Source of the DNA: a virus
Strand: one strand, 5' to 3'
DNA: 64,000 nucleotides
Virus record (IMG/VR): IMGVR_UViG_3300050821_009856
Span: 1 to 64,000 of that record
Made by a program: the position numbers and the translations under genes. Positions 18,059-27,483 of the stretch are shown here, one piece after another. Within the stretch, counting starts at the first letter, position 1. The number at the start of each line of letters is the position of its first letter. Under the pieces are notes generated by a model. The model was not told the origin of the DNA, made no database searches, and was given only the letters and a program-made list of their open reading frames with translations.

Positions 18059-20046
18059 ATCCGGCGCAAGAGTTCATCTTTGTTGGGAAGTACGCTCGAT
18101 GGGTGGACGCACACAAGCGCAGGGAGAATTACGAAGAAGCGGTAGATCGGTACTTTGGTTTCTTCGAGAAGAAGTTCGGTGACAAGGTGCCGAAGAAGGT
18201 CTTTACCCTCTGTCGACACCAGGTCATGACGATGGGGGCCATGCCCTCAATGCGGGCTTTTTGGACGGCTGGACCTGCTCTGGAGCAGAACAACATCTGC
18301 GGCTACAACTGCTGCTCCATGGTCATCAAGGATCTGCAGTCCTTCGCTGAACTATTCTTCATCCTGATGTGCGGCACTGGCCCAGGATTCAGCGTTGAGG
18401 CCCAGTTTACGGACGATCTGCCGGCAGTGAAGCCCTTCACCGGTACTAGTGTCGGGACACATGTGGTCGGTGACAACAAAGAGGGCTGGGCCACCTCTTT
18501 GCGTGTCGGTATGGAAGCCTGGTTCGACGGTAAGGACATCGAGTTTGATTACAGTCTGGTCGAGAAGGGGCACCCTCGCGGATCTAGACTGAAAACGATG
18601 GGCGGACGGGCCAGCGGTCCGGAACCTCTGAAGCGCCTCCACGCCGTTGTCCGGGATATCGTTCTGGGAGCTGCTGGGCGAAAGCTGCGAAGCGATGAGA
18701 ATCTGGATATCTGCAACCACATCGGGGCAGTGACAGAGGTCGGTGGCATTCGTCGTGCCGCGGAGATTAGCTTTTCGGATCTGAATGACGACCTGATGAG
18801 GCATGCGAAGGACGCCCCGATCCCGCCCCATCGGTGGCAGTCCAACAACTCGGCTGTGTATTTGGGCCGTCCCGACATGATTACGTTTCTGCGTGAGTGG
18901 ACGGCCCTCGCAGCATCTGGCACGGGCGAACGGGGGATCTTCAACCTGAAGGCTGCCCAAGAATCCTGCTTACGTCGTGCCGTGGACAAGCTCGGTATGA
19001 CTTGGGAGGAGTTCAGCAAGTACCTGCGAACGAACCCATGTGGCGAGATTCTCTTGATGGCACTGCTTGGAGAATTCTGCAATCTCACGGAGGTTGTCAT
19101 CCGTGCCGACGACACATTTGCGGATCTGGTGGAGAAGGTTAAGTCGGCAGTCTGGATGGGTGCCATGCAGGCGTGCCTAACCGACTTCCCATTCATTCGC
19201 CCGAGCTTCAAGGCCTGCTGCGATGAAGAGATGTTGCTCGGAGTCAGCTTAACCGGGCAGATGGACAACCCGAAGCTCCTGACAGCCGAACGCCTCCAGG
19301 ACTTGAAGGAGGTTGCCATCCGAGAGTGTCGGAAGGCCTGCAAGGCACTCGGGCGTAACATGTCGGCTGCGATTACCACCGGCAAGCCCAGCGGAACCGT
19401 CAGCCAGCTCGTAAACTGTGCTTCTGGATGCCACCCGCGGTACGCGAAGTTCTATTGGCGGCGGTATCGGCTGAACAGTGTGGATCCACTCTTCCGGATG
19501 CTCCGTGACCAGGGGCTCAAGTTCACGCCAGAAAACGGTCAGGGCCCCGAGGCCGTGGAAGCTCGTCGGAAAGCTCTCATCACCAAGGGGCGCTCTTCCG
19601 AGGAAGCGGCAGTCTTGGTGCCCGATTGGTCTGAGGACCAGGTCATGACCTGGGTGTGTGCCTTCCCGGAGGCCGCGCCGGCCAAGGCCATCACACGAGA
19701 CCAGATGTCGGCGATCGACCAGCTGGAGTGGTACCTGAAGATCAAGAAGAACTGGTGTGAACATAACCAGAGTGTCACAATCTATATAAAGCCAGACGAA
19801 TGGTTGAAAGTGGGTACGTGGGTGTGGGAGCATTTTGACGAGATCTGCGGAGTGAGCTTCCTACCGTACGATGGGGGGAGTTACGAACAGGCCCCCTATC
19901 AAGAAATTACAAAAGAGCAGTATGAAAGGGCGGTTAAGGCCTTCCCGAAGATTGATTACAGCCAGCTGTACCTTTATGAAGAGGACGACAATACGACTGG
20001 AGCAAAACAGGTAGCCTGTGGTGCTGGGGGGTGTGAGAGCAGGTGA
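18055..20046 (+). CDS. nrdJ: Class II (adenosylcobalamin-dependent) ribonucleotide reductase
   Basis: MPSMR, YNC, GGRASGPEPL, TNPCGEI, FCNLTE, KPSGTVSQL, C-terminal CGAGGC. Confidence 0.9.
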   Translation: MNPAQEFIFVGKYARWVDAHKRRENYEEAVDRYFGFFEKKFGDKVPKKVFTLCRHQVMTMGAMPSMRAFWTAGPALEQNNICGYNCCSMVIKDLQSFAELFFILMCGTGPGFSVEAQFTDDLPAVKPFTGTSVGTHVVGDNKEGWATSLRVGMEAWFDGKDIEFDYSLVEKGHPRGSRLKTMGGRASGPEPLKRLHAVVRDIVLGAAGRKLRSDENLDICNHIGAVTEVGGIRRAAEISFSDLNDDLMRHAKDAPIPPHRWQSNNSAVYLGRPDMITFLREWTALAASGTGERGIFNLKAAQESCLRRAVDKLGMTWEEFSKYLRTNPCGEILLMALLGEFCNLTEVVIRADDTFADLVEKVKSAVWMGAMQACLTDFPFIRPSFKACCDEEMLLGVSLTGQMDNPKLLTAERLQDLKEVAIRECRKACKALGRNMSAAITTGKPSGTVSQLVNCASGCHPRYAKFYWRRYRLNSVDPLFRMLRDQGLKFTPENGQGPEAVEARRKALITKGRSSEEAAVLVPDWSEDQVMTWVCAFPEAAPAKAITRDQMSAIDQLEWYLKIKKNWCEHNQSVTIYIKPDEWLKVGTWVWEHFDEICGVSFLPYDGGSYEQAPYQEITKEQYERAVKAFPKIDYSQLYLYEEDDNTTGAKQVACGAGGCESR

Positions 20047-20568
20047 TAGAACTCGAAGGAAAGAAGTTTGGTCGGTTGGTGGTCCTGAAATTCTTGGGTC
20101 GTAGTTACGGGACTCCGTGCTGGCTCTGTCGGTGTGAATGTGGCAAAACTAAATCGATAAAGTCCTCTCATTTGCTTGCTGGAGCCACAAAAAGTTGTGG
20201 CTGTTTGAATAGAGATGCAATCGCAGCCAGATGGATGCCGCATAGACAGAATACACTTTTTCGTTGCGTGATCCACGGATATAAAACGGGGGCAACGCGC
20301 AGGGGGGCTGGTGTGGGGACTTTCATTTGAAGATTGCTTTAAACTGATGTCCTCTCCGTGCCATTATTGTGGTGCGCCTCCATCGCAGAGTAGAAGTAAG
20401 TGGCCTGACATCTTCTACATGGGAATAGATCGTAAGGACAATGCTGAAGGGTACACAGCAGAAAATGTTTTGCCGTGTTGTGTTATTTGTAATAAGGCAA
20501 AGCTGACCATGCCCTATTCTGGGTTCAAGGAGTGGATCTCGAAGGTTTATCGGCATCTGGCGCTATAG
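20043..20568 (+). pseudogene. HNH-type homing endonuclease interrupted by +1 frameshift
   Basis: N-half GKKFGRLVVL, WLCRCECG, TKSCGC; C-half PCHYCG, GIDRKDN, ENVLPCCVICNKAK; deleting one G from the G6 run at 20302-20307 fuses them; AT-rich. Confidence 0.75.
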
Positions 20569-20569
20569 T
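20561..20569 (+). promoter_or_regulatory. CGCTATAGT -10-type motif
   Basis: 8 nt before ATG 20578, no SD. Confidence 0.55.
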
Positions 20570-20577
20570 CTGCCTGA

Positions 20578-21606
20578 ATGCCTGGTTACTTTGACGATGA
20601 TGAGCCGCAGTCTCTAGCCGAACAGGGCTACGACGAAGATCCGCAGCCGCAATCTCAACGACCAGCTATCCGTCGTCCGCGGCCAGACCAGCAGGAAGAG
20701 TACTTCGAGGAACAGGCGCCACAGCAGATGGAGACAGTCAGCATCAACACCGAAGAGGTCGAAGAGGATTACCAGGAAGTGGTATCCCATGTCGACCGTC
20801 GGCTCCGGATCGCCCAGTACTACCGCATGGTCTTGGATGGGTCGCTTTTTAACGACGACACTCCTGAGTCGAAAATCGTCCAGAATCGGATCCGAAAGTT
20901 CGTCAGAGATGAGATAGAGGTCCTCTTCGGCATGAAGGTGGCCCCTACCGCGGCAGCTGTGGACTTGCCTTTCAGCGCCGAAGAAATCGACGCCCTGAAG
21001 GCCCTGGCTCAGGCCACGGTCGCAGCTAAGCGTAGGGCCGTCGAGCCGAAGCTCAACCGTATTGCCCAGTCGCCACCGGCTCAACAGGCAGCTCCCGTGC
21101 CGGCCCTGAAGCCCATCCAGGCGCCTCCACAGCAGGCGCGGCCTGTGGCGTCACCCCAGCCCCATCCGCAGGTGGACCGAGTAGATCGAGCCCAGAAGCC
21201 TCGTCCACCTCAGCCTCAACAGAAGCCGGTTCCACCGGCCCAGCCCGGAGTCCTCCAAAGCAACGTGAAGCCCGGGGACCCGTCACTGGTGGGTGACCCA
21301 CGTGTGCCCGAAGACTATCGCCAGGACCCTACGATTCGGATCAAGAATGGCCATGTATACGTTCAGCAAAGAGACCCCAATGGGGAACTTCTCTGGGTCC
21401 ATGAGACCGGCATGGCGCGGGCGATGCCTCTCCTCAAGGATGTGACGCCGGTCGCCAAACCTACGGGGCCGATTCAGCCTCTACCGATGCCGTCCATCGA
21501 CATGATGCCCATGCTCACAGAGCAACGAGCGTCCACAGAGGCCGTGGAGAATCTGGAACGTATCGCCATCAAGCTTGATCCTGTCTTTAGGGGCAAAATC
21601 TTTTAA
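20578..21606 (+). CDS. Hypothetical protein, Pro/Gln-rich linker
   Basis: 342 aa; leaderless after CGCTATAGT. Confidence 0.7.
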   Translation: MPGYFDDDEPQSLAEQGYDEDPQPQSQRPAIRRPRPDQQEEYFEEQAPQQMETVSINTEEVEEDYQEVVSHVDRRLRIAQYYRMVLDGSLFNDDTPESKIVQNRIRKFVRDEIEVLFGMKVAPTAAAVDLPFSAEEIDALKALAQATVAAKRRAVEPKLNRIAQSPPAQQAAPVPALKPIQAPPQQARPVASPQPHPQVDRVDRAQKPRPPQPQQKPVPPAQPGVLQSNVKPGDPSLVGDPRVPEDYRQDPTIRIKNGHVYVQQRDPNGELLWVHETGMARAMPLLKDVTPVAKPTGPIQPLPMPSIDMMPMLTEQRASTEAVENLERIAIKLDPVFRGKIF

Positions 21607-21627
21607 CCCAAACAAAGGAGTACCGCA

Positions 21628-22311
21628 GTGAATCCCACCGTACCGCAGCAGACCAGTGCACGCCAGGGCGCCAAGGACGCGTTCAGTCGCCTGACCGCCC
21701 TTGAGAAGCGACTGGCAGATCAGGAGCAGACTTCCACCCGAGTTCTGATGGCCGTTAACCAGGCATTCGGTAGCCTCGGAAAGGCTGTTGACGACCAGGC
21801 AGAAACTGTCGAGGCCATCGTTTCTCTGACCGGACCCGACCAGGTTGCCCAGGTCATCGCTGAGCTGCGGGCCACCAAGCTTCGCCAGCAGGCCGAAACC
21901 ACCAAGGCTCAGATTTCCTTGGCTCTGACTGAAGGGAAGCTCTTGAAGGCTGAGGTCATTGGGGAGAACTCCCTGGTTGTTGGCCGAGAGGTCAACAAGG
22001 ATGGTGCCGAGCTTCCTCCTGGATACGCCGCCGCTCGTGTCAGTGCGCTGCCGCCCGACAACAAGGAGCGAGTGATGGGCCACAAGGTTGGTGATGTTGT
22101 CGAGACGAAGGAGGGTGGAAAGTTCACCGTCCAAGAGGTCTATGACTACGCACCGCCCAAGCCTGCCGAGACTCCGGCGGCCCCGCCGCCTGCGGCTGAG
22201 CCCCAGGTTGCTGCATCGCCCGCGCCGGTGGAGCCTACGCCCGAGCAGGTCCCTCAACCCGAGCCGACGCCTGTTGCTGAAACCTCCGTCGCCGCTCCGG
22301 CGCAGGCGTAA
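21628..22311 (+). CDS. Hypothetical coiled-coil protein with possible GreA/FKBP-like C-terminal domain
   Basis: AAGGAG RBS; RVMGHKVGDVVETKEGGKFTVQEV motif; Pro-rich tail. Confidence 0.55.
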   Translation: MNPTVPQQTSARQGAKDAFSRLTALEKRLADQEQTSTRVLMAVNQAFGSLGKAVDDQAETVEAIVSLTGPDQVAQVIAELRATKLRQQAETTKAQISLALTEGKLLKAEVIGENSLVVGREVNKDGAELPPGYAAARVSALPPDNKERVMGHKVGDVVETKEGGKFTVQEVYDYAPPKPAETPAAPPPAAEPQVAASPAPVEPTPEQVPQPEPTPVAETSVAAPAQA

Positions 22312-22314
22312 CGT

Positions 22315-23121
22315 ATGACCGCCAAACGTAGCACCGAGAAGCGTCCCGTTGTCGTAACACTCGACATCGAGACGGCCCCGCTTGAGGTCTACGTCTGGCG
22401 GATCTGGGAAGAGAATGTCGGCATCGACCAAATCAAAAAGGACTGGTGCATCCTCTCTTTCGCCTACAAGTTTCTGGACGAGAAGAAGGTGTACTTCCAT
22501 TGCACTGGTGGCCGCGGGCCCGACAAGGTTCGAGACGACAAGAAGCTTGTAGAACTGCTCTGGGAGATCCTGGACAAAGCCGACGTGGTCGTCCTTCAAA
22601 ACGGGAAGGCATTCGACATCAAGAAGATCAACGCCCGGATGGCCATGTATGGGATGAAGCCGTACTCGCCCATCAAGGTCATTGACACGATGCTTATTGC
22701 CAAGAAGCAGTTTGGGTTCACCAGTAACAAGCTGGAGTTCTTGGCACGCATCTTGACCGACACTGGGAAGTCGAAGCACAAGAAGTTCCCCGGCTTCGAA
22801 CTCTGGGAGGAGTGCCTGAAGGACAACCCGGAGGCTTGGATCGAGATGGAGAAATACAACAAGATCGACGTCGTGGCTGACGAGAAGGTCTACCTGCGGC
22901 TGCGTCCTTGGGTCGAGGGGCATCCAAACTTCGGTGTCTACTCCTCTACGGAAGAGGTGACGTGTCCGAAGTGTGGCAGCACACATCTACAGAAGCGCGG
23001 TAGCTCCTACACTCAGGTCGGTGAGTATCACAGGTTTCAGTGCCTGGACTGCCATGGCTGGGCCCGGAGCCGTTACGTCACCAACACCAAAGAGAAGCGT
23101 AAGGCGCTCCTTAGTAACTGA
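22315..23121 (+). CDS. RNase H-fold 3'-5' exonuclease (YprB/DnaQ-like) with C-terminal zinc ribbon
   Basis: LDIETAP, QNGKAFD, YNKIDV, CPKCGS..CLDC. Confidence 0.82.
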   Translation: MTAKRSTEKRPVVVTLDIETAPLEVYVWRIWEENVGIDQIKKDWCILSFAYKFLDEKKVYFHCTGGRGPDKVRDDKKLVELLWEILDKADVVVLQNGKAFDIKKINARMAMYGMKPYSPIKVIDTMLIAKKQFGFTSNKLEFLARILTDTGKSKHKKFPGFELWEECLKDNPEAWIEMEKYNKIDVVADEKVYLRLRPWVEGHPNFGVYSSTEEVTCPKCGSTHLQKRGSSYTQVGEYHRFQCLDCHGWARSRYVTNTKEKRKALLSN

Positions 23122-23124
23122 ACC

Positions 23125-23343
23125 ATGACGGTCGAGGAGATTCGGCATCGACTCAGTACGGACGAAGACTTCATTCCCCTGAAGCGCTTCGACTATTCGA
23201 TGCGGTGTCTGTTGGACCGATATCCCGATGGAGTCCCAGATCGGATCATCGCTCAGAGCTTGTTGATTGATGATGAGCAGGTCGAGGTTCTCTACCAGGA
23301 AGTTGTGGCCAAACTTCGGACCAACATGAAGGTGGAGACGTGA
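23125..23343 (+). CDS. Small HTH protein resembling sigma-70 region 4
   Basis: DGVPDRIIAQSLLIDDEQVEVLYQEVVAKLR matches the region-4 pattern G...IA..L.I....V.......KLR. Confidence 0.55.
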   Translation: MTVEEIRHRLSTDEDFIPLKRFDYSMRCLLDRYPDGVPDRIIAQSLLIDDEQVEVLYQEVVAKLRTNMKVET

Positions 23344-23531
23344 TCGCCAAAAAATCGCCACCGTGTCAGCACCTAGAGCTTCACTTTGAGCGTGGTGGCT
23401 TGTACGTCGTTTGCAGCAACAAAGAGTGTGGCGACATGTGGCGATCCGTCTTGAAACCCATGGGGATCGTTGTTAATCCGGCTGCCAGGTCTCAAGGATT
23501 GACCAACCTAGACGTGCGTCAGAAGCCTTAA
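23340..23531 (+). CDS. Small Cys-containing hypothetical protein
   Basis: GGAG RBS, overlapping start; CQH..CSNKEC. Confidence 0.55.
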   Translation: MIAKKSPPCQHLELHFERGGLYVVCSNKECGDMWRSVLKPMGIVVNPAARSQGLTNLDVRQKP

Positions 23532-23592
23532 TCTTCTCCTCCGTAGCATCCCAGTCTGCTGTCAACCCTTGCTGTCGTTATAGTCCAGCCTG

Positions 23593-26500
23593 ATGCCATT
23601 TTTGAATTTTGCAACTCCTCATTGTCATGTGGATTCGCTAGACTCCGCATCAACCCCGAAAGCCTTCGCTCAGCGCGAGCTTGAACTGGAGACCGGGGCT
23701 CTCACCATCACAGATCACGGTACTCTGCAGTCTGTCCGGAAGGTCTACGACTTAGTCAAGGACAAGAAGTCGCCTTACTTCGGGAAACTCACCCCTATCC
23801 TTGGTGTAGAGGGCTACTTCCGAGATGACAGCTGCCCTATTCTTGCCGCGGCGGGGGTACCCAAGAACGACAAGGGCACGTACGTCGACTTCTTCAAGTA
23901 CGGACACCTGACTCTTCATGCTCTCGATGCCGATGGCTACGAGACGCTCTGCCGAGTTCTCTCCGATGCTGATGGCCACGCCGAGAAGCACGGCTCTGAA
24001 CGCAAGCCCCTCTTCACCTGGAGGGACCTAGAGGAGCTTGGGGGCAAGAACATCACAGTAGGTAGTGGCTGCCTTATTGGCATGGTTCAGCGGTTCATCA
24101 TGGCTCATGGGCGCTTCGACCTGGCCGAGGCCTACTACCGTCGACTCCGATCCACCTTCAAGCCTGGTAACTTCTTCGTAGAGGTCTTCCCGCACGTTTG
24201 CGACCGGAACTGGGACGAGACGGTCTTCGTGAAGTTCTCGGACGGTAGCACCGAGAAGTTCCCTATCTACAAGAACCTCAAGACTGACAAGAAGCCGACC
24301 GGCAAGAAGGGTGGTGAGGGATGGAAGGCCAAAGACTTGGCTGCCAATTGGCATCGTAGTCCTGAAGGCCATGGCTGCCTTCGGGCTGTCATGCAGGATC
24401 GGAAGTGGGTTGAGTACGACTCGCCACGGCAGATCGTTGGCGTCGAGCACCTACAGGACTTCATCGTCAATGACTGCCAGCCCTGGGCGCCTGGTGGTGA
24501 CCTGCAATACGGCTGCAACAAGGCGGTCATCGAGTTGGCCGCCAAGTACGGCGACAAGATCCTCATCAGCGATGACAGCCATTTCGTCAGGCCTGATGAG
24601 AAAGTCATCCAGGACATCCGACTGCAGCAGAGCGGTAGCTGGCGATTCAGTAGCGCCCACTTTCGGTACAGCAGCGACGATGCCTGGCAGTACTTCCGTG
24701 ACGTCCTCCAGGTCCCCGAGGCAACCTTCGAGTCGTGGATCGACAACAGCAGAGAGTGGAGTCAGCGTTTCAAGGACTTCAAGTTCAAGGACCGGGCGAG
24801 CCTTCCCGTAAAGTTCTACCCAGCAGACAGCTGGCGTCACACGGCTCAGCTAGTACTTCGCCATGGGCGTATGCAGGTTGATCCGCCACATGTCGAGCGG
24901 TTTAAGTCGGAAATTGAACTGCTCCATAAGAACGGCACTATCGACTTGCTGCCGTACTTCTTCATCGATGAAGAGGCGGTCTACCAGTATGAACGCCGCG
25001 GCGAACTGACTGGCCCAGGCCGTGGGTCTGCCGCCGGCTTGTCTCTGACGTATTTGATGGGCATCACGCATGCGGACCCGCTTCGATATGGTTTGAGTAA
25101 GGACCGATTCCTGACCCTCGACCGCATCCAATCAAAGAAGCTCCCCGACATCGACCAAGACCTGCCTGAGCGCGAGAAGACTCTTCTGCCATGGCTAGAG
25201 AAGAGGTTCGCTGGCCACTACGCACAGATCAGCGTCGATACAACCCTAAAGCTCCGGTCGAGCGTCAAAGATGTTGCTCGGTGGAAGCGAGCCAAAGATG
25301 GGAAGAGCGGCTTTGTCCCTCCAGAGATTGAGAACCTGGCGAAGAAGTTCGAGGAGGCCCCTCAGGGGGTAACCGACTACGATTTCGTCTTCGGCTACAA
25401 AGGAGCTGATGGCTGGGTTCAGGGGAGCCTTGACCACGATCCGGCGTTGCAGCAATACATTGCCCTGTTCCCCGATGAGTGGGCTCTTGTTCAGAAGTGC
25501 CTGGGCCTGAGTCGTCAGAAGGGCAGGCACGCTAGCGCCTTCGTCATCACCAACGAGCCCATCAAGAACTTCATCCCCCTGACGTCCGTCTCTGATGTAA
25601 CTGTCACCCAGTTCACCGCCAACAGCGTCGAAGCGATGGGAGGTCTGAAGATGGACTTCTTGGTGGTGTCAGCCCTGAACGACATCGGGGCCTGCATTCG
25701 TTTGATTCAGAAGCGAAGCGCCGACCAGTCACAGCCCTGGTCGTCTGCCTACCAGCATTTCGATACGCCTTTCAATGACATCCCGGACGATTTTGTGCCA
25801 CCGTCGATGACCATTGATGGACTCCGAGTTCCCCTGTTGAGGGTCGTGCCGTTCAAGGGCGGACACGTTGACATCTGGGACCTGCCAGAAATCCAGGCTG
25901 TCTTCAGGGAAATCTGTGAGCAGCGTACGGAAACGGTGTTTCAGTTCAATACCCCTGGGGCCAAGAAGTGGCTTCGGCACTTTGACTCAGTGAGCGGGGT
26001 CGAAGCAGATGGCACCGTTCACAAGGCTCTCGACAGCATTGAAGACCTGGCTGCCTTCACGGCCCTTGACCGGCCAGGGCCACTCGATGCAACGCCGACA
26101 CCTGATACGACCCACAATATGCTCGTGGAGTTCGCCAATCGAGCCAAGGGGAAGCCAGCTGTAGGGGTTGTTCCTATGCTGATGCAGCTTATCAGCGAGA
26201 CCCATGGTGTCATCACCTACCAGGAACAACTGACTCGCATCTTCAGGGAGACTGGCAAGTCGACGGCTATTGAGGCAGAGAACTTCCGGATCCACGTCAG
26301 CAAGAAGATGCCGATGGAGATTATCAAAGACAAGGCGATCTTCATGAAAGGGGCAGTCGAGACTGTTGGCCCCGAAGTCGCCGATCAGCTTTGGTCCATG
26401 ATGGAGACTTTTGGCCAGTACGGATTCAACAAGAGCCACGCCGTCTGCTACGTCATCATCAGCTATGCCTGCGCCTGGCTGAAGCACCACTTCCCTCTGG

Positions 26501-27483
26501 AATGGTGGACGTCCGTTCTGACGAATGCAGATCGGAAGGAGATTGAAGAGAAGTTCTGGCCGTACTGCGGGCATCTCATCGATTCGCCGGACATTAACAA
26601 TAGTGGTGACGGGTTCGAAATCCAGGGGACCAGGATTCGAGCACCCCTGAATCTCATCCAGGGGATCGGTCCCGCGGGTTCAGCAGAACTGAACGCCAAT
26701 CGCCCTTACGCAAGCCTCCGCGAGTTCTGCGAGAAAATCGTAGCCCAGAAAAGGGCCACCAGCACTACGACCTTGGACCCAGAAAACGGGAAGTCGTCTG
26801 TGAAGGCTGGACGTTCGGCACTTCACCGCGGCATTGTCACCCGACTGACTTGCTCCGGTGTCATGGATAGCTTGTTTGGTCCAGAGGTCCTAGACGAAGT
26901 TGGCCAGAAGTTAGAGGCCTATGAGCGGATCACCGCAGAGCTAGCGAAGAAGAGGAAGTGGCAGCCCGTTGACCCGTTCTACACGACGATGAACCCCATG
27001 CAGAGGTACCAGCTGAAGAAGTCCATCCTGTCAGCGTATGGCGCGGATCTGATTCCGATGGCCCTCGACATGAAGGTAGAGGGGTTCAGGATGACGCCGA
27101 CAGGATGTGAGTACGCCATCGACAAGGGGCGGATGGGAGTCATCCGGGCCCTCGACTTGGAAGTGCTCGGGCAACAGACCCTATTGCCGCCTGGTGGTCT
27201 GAAGTTCGTCGTCCTGGCCTATGTCAACGCCGATGTCCGACAAAAGTTTCAGGGCACCAAGGACATGGCGAAGCTAACCCTGGATGTTGAGGGCCATCGA
27301 CAGGAGTTTGTTCAGTGGCCCCGCCGCGGCGAAGAGATCCTCCCGATTGAATACCGTTCAGGGAGCCTCAAGGGTGCTGTGGTCGCCGCTATATTGACTC
27401 GGTGGAACTCGGAGAAGCCTTTTCAGATCTCCGGAATAGAGGTTCTCCAGCCACCGCTGAAGGACCTCAAGGAAGAGGAATGA
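23593..27483 (+). CDS. dnaE: DNA polymerase III alpha subunit (family C)
   Basis: PHP motifs (HCH, TDHG, GVE, DSH), GPGRGSAAG, PDIDQD, KMDFL, YQEQ, YGFNKSHA. Confidence 0.95.
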   Translation: MPFLNFATPHCHVDSLDSASTPKAFAQRELELETGALTITDHGTLQSVRKVYDLVKDKKSPYFGKLTPILGVEGYFRDDSCPILAAAGVPKNDKGTYVDFFKYGHLTLHALDADGYETLCRVLSDADGHAEKHGSERKPLFTWRDLEELGGKNITVGSGCLIGMVQRFIMAHGRFDLAEAYYRRLRSTFKPGNFFVEVFPHVCDRNWDETVFVKFSDGSTEKFPIYKNLKTDKKPTGKKGGEGWKAKDLAANWHRSPEGHGCLRAVMQDRKWVEYDSPRQIVGVEHLQDFIVNDCQPWAPGGDLQYGCNKAVIELAAKYGDKILISDDSHFVRPDEKVIQDIRLQQSGSWRFSSAHFRYSSDDAWQYFRDVLQVPEATFESWIDNSREWSQRFKDFKFKDRASLPVKFYPADSWRHTAQLVLRHGRMQVDPPHVERFKSEIELLHKNGTIDLLPYFFIDEEAVYQYERRGELTGPGRGSAAGLSLTYLMGITHADPLRYGLSKDRFLTLDRIQSKKLPDIDQDLPEREKTLLPWLEKRFAGHYAQISVDTTLKLRSSVKDVARWKRAKDGKSGFVPPEIENLAKKFEEAPQGVTDYDFVFGYKGADGWVQGSLDHDPALQQYIALFPDEWALVQKCLGLSRQKGRHASAFVITNEPIKNFIPLTSVSDVTVTQFTANSVEAMGGLKMDFLVVSALNDIGACIRLIQKRSADQSQPWSSAYQHFDTPFNDIPDDFVPPSMTIDGLRVPLLRVVPFKGGHVDIWDLPEIQAVFREICEQRTETVFQFNTPGAKKWLRHFDSVSGVEADGTVHKALDSIEDLAAFTALDRPGPLDATPTPDTTHNMLVEFANRAKGKPAVGVVPMLMQLISETHGVITYQEQLTRIFRETGKSTAIEAENFRIHVSKKMPMEIIKDKAIFMKGAVETVGPEVADQLWSMMETFGQYGFNKSHAVCYVIISYACAWLKHHFPLEWWTSVLTNADRKEIEEKFWPYCGHLIDSPDINNSGDGFEIQGTRIRAPLNLIQGIGPAGSAELNANRPYASLREFCEKIVAQKRATSTTTLDPENGKSSVKAGRSALHRGIVTRLTCSGVMDSLFGPEVLDEVGQKLEAYERITAELAKKRKWQPVDPFYTTMNPMQRYQLKKSILSAYGADLIPMALDMKVEGFRMTPTGCEYAIDKGRMGVIRALDLEVLGQQTLLPPGGLKFVVLAYVNADVRQKFQGTKDMAKLTLDVEGHRQEFVQWPRRGEEILPIEYRSGSLKGAVVAAILTRWNSEKPFQISGIEVLQPPLKDLKEEE

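Noticed and set aside
23530-23535. AATCTT upstream of dnaE
   Set aside because: dnaE already has a CGTTATAGT leaderless box and is not a late gene; may be chance.
24199-24477. Insertion in the DnaE PHP domain beginning with Cys (CDRNWDETVFVKFSDG), resembling an intein N-terminus
   Set aside because: Only about 92 aa, with no TxxH block or terminal HN-[C/S/T]; treated as an ordinary insertion.
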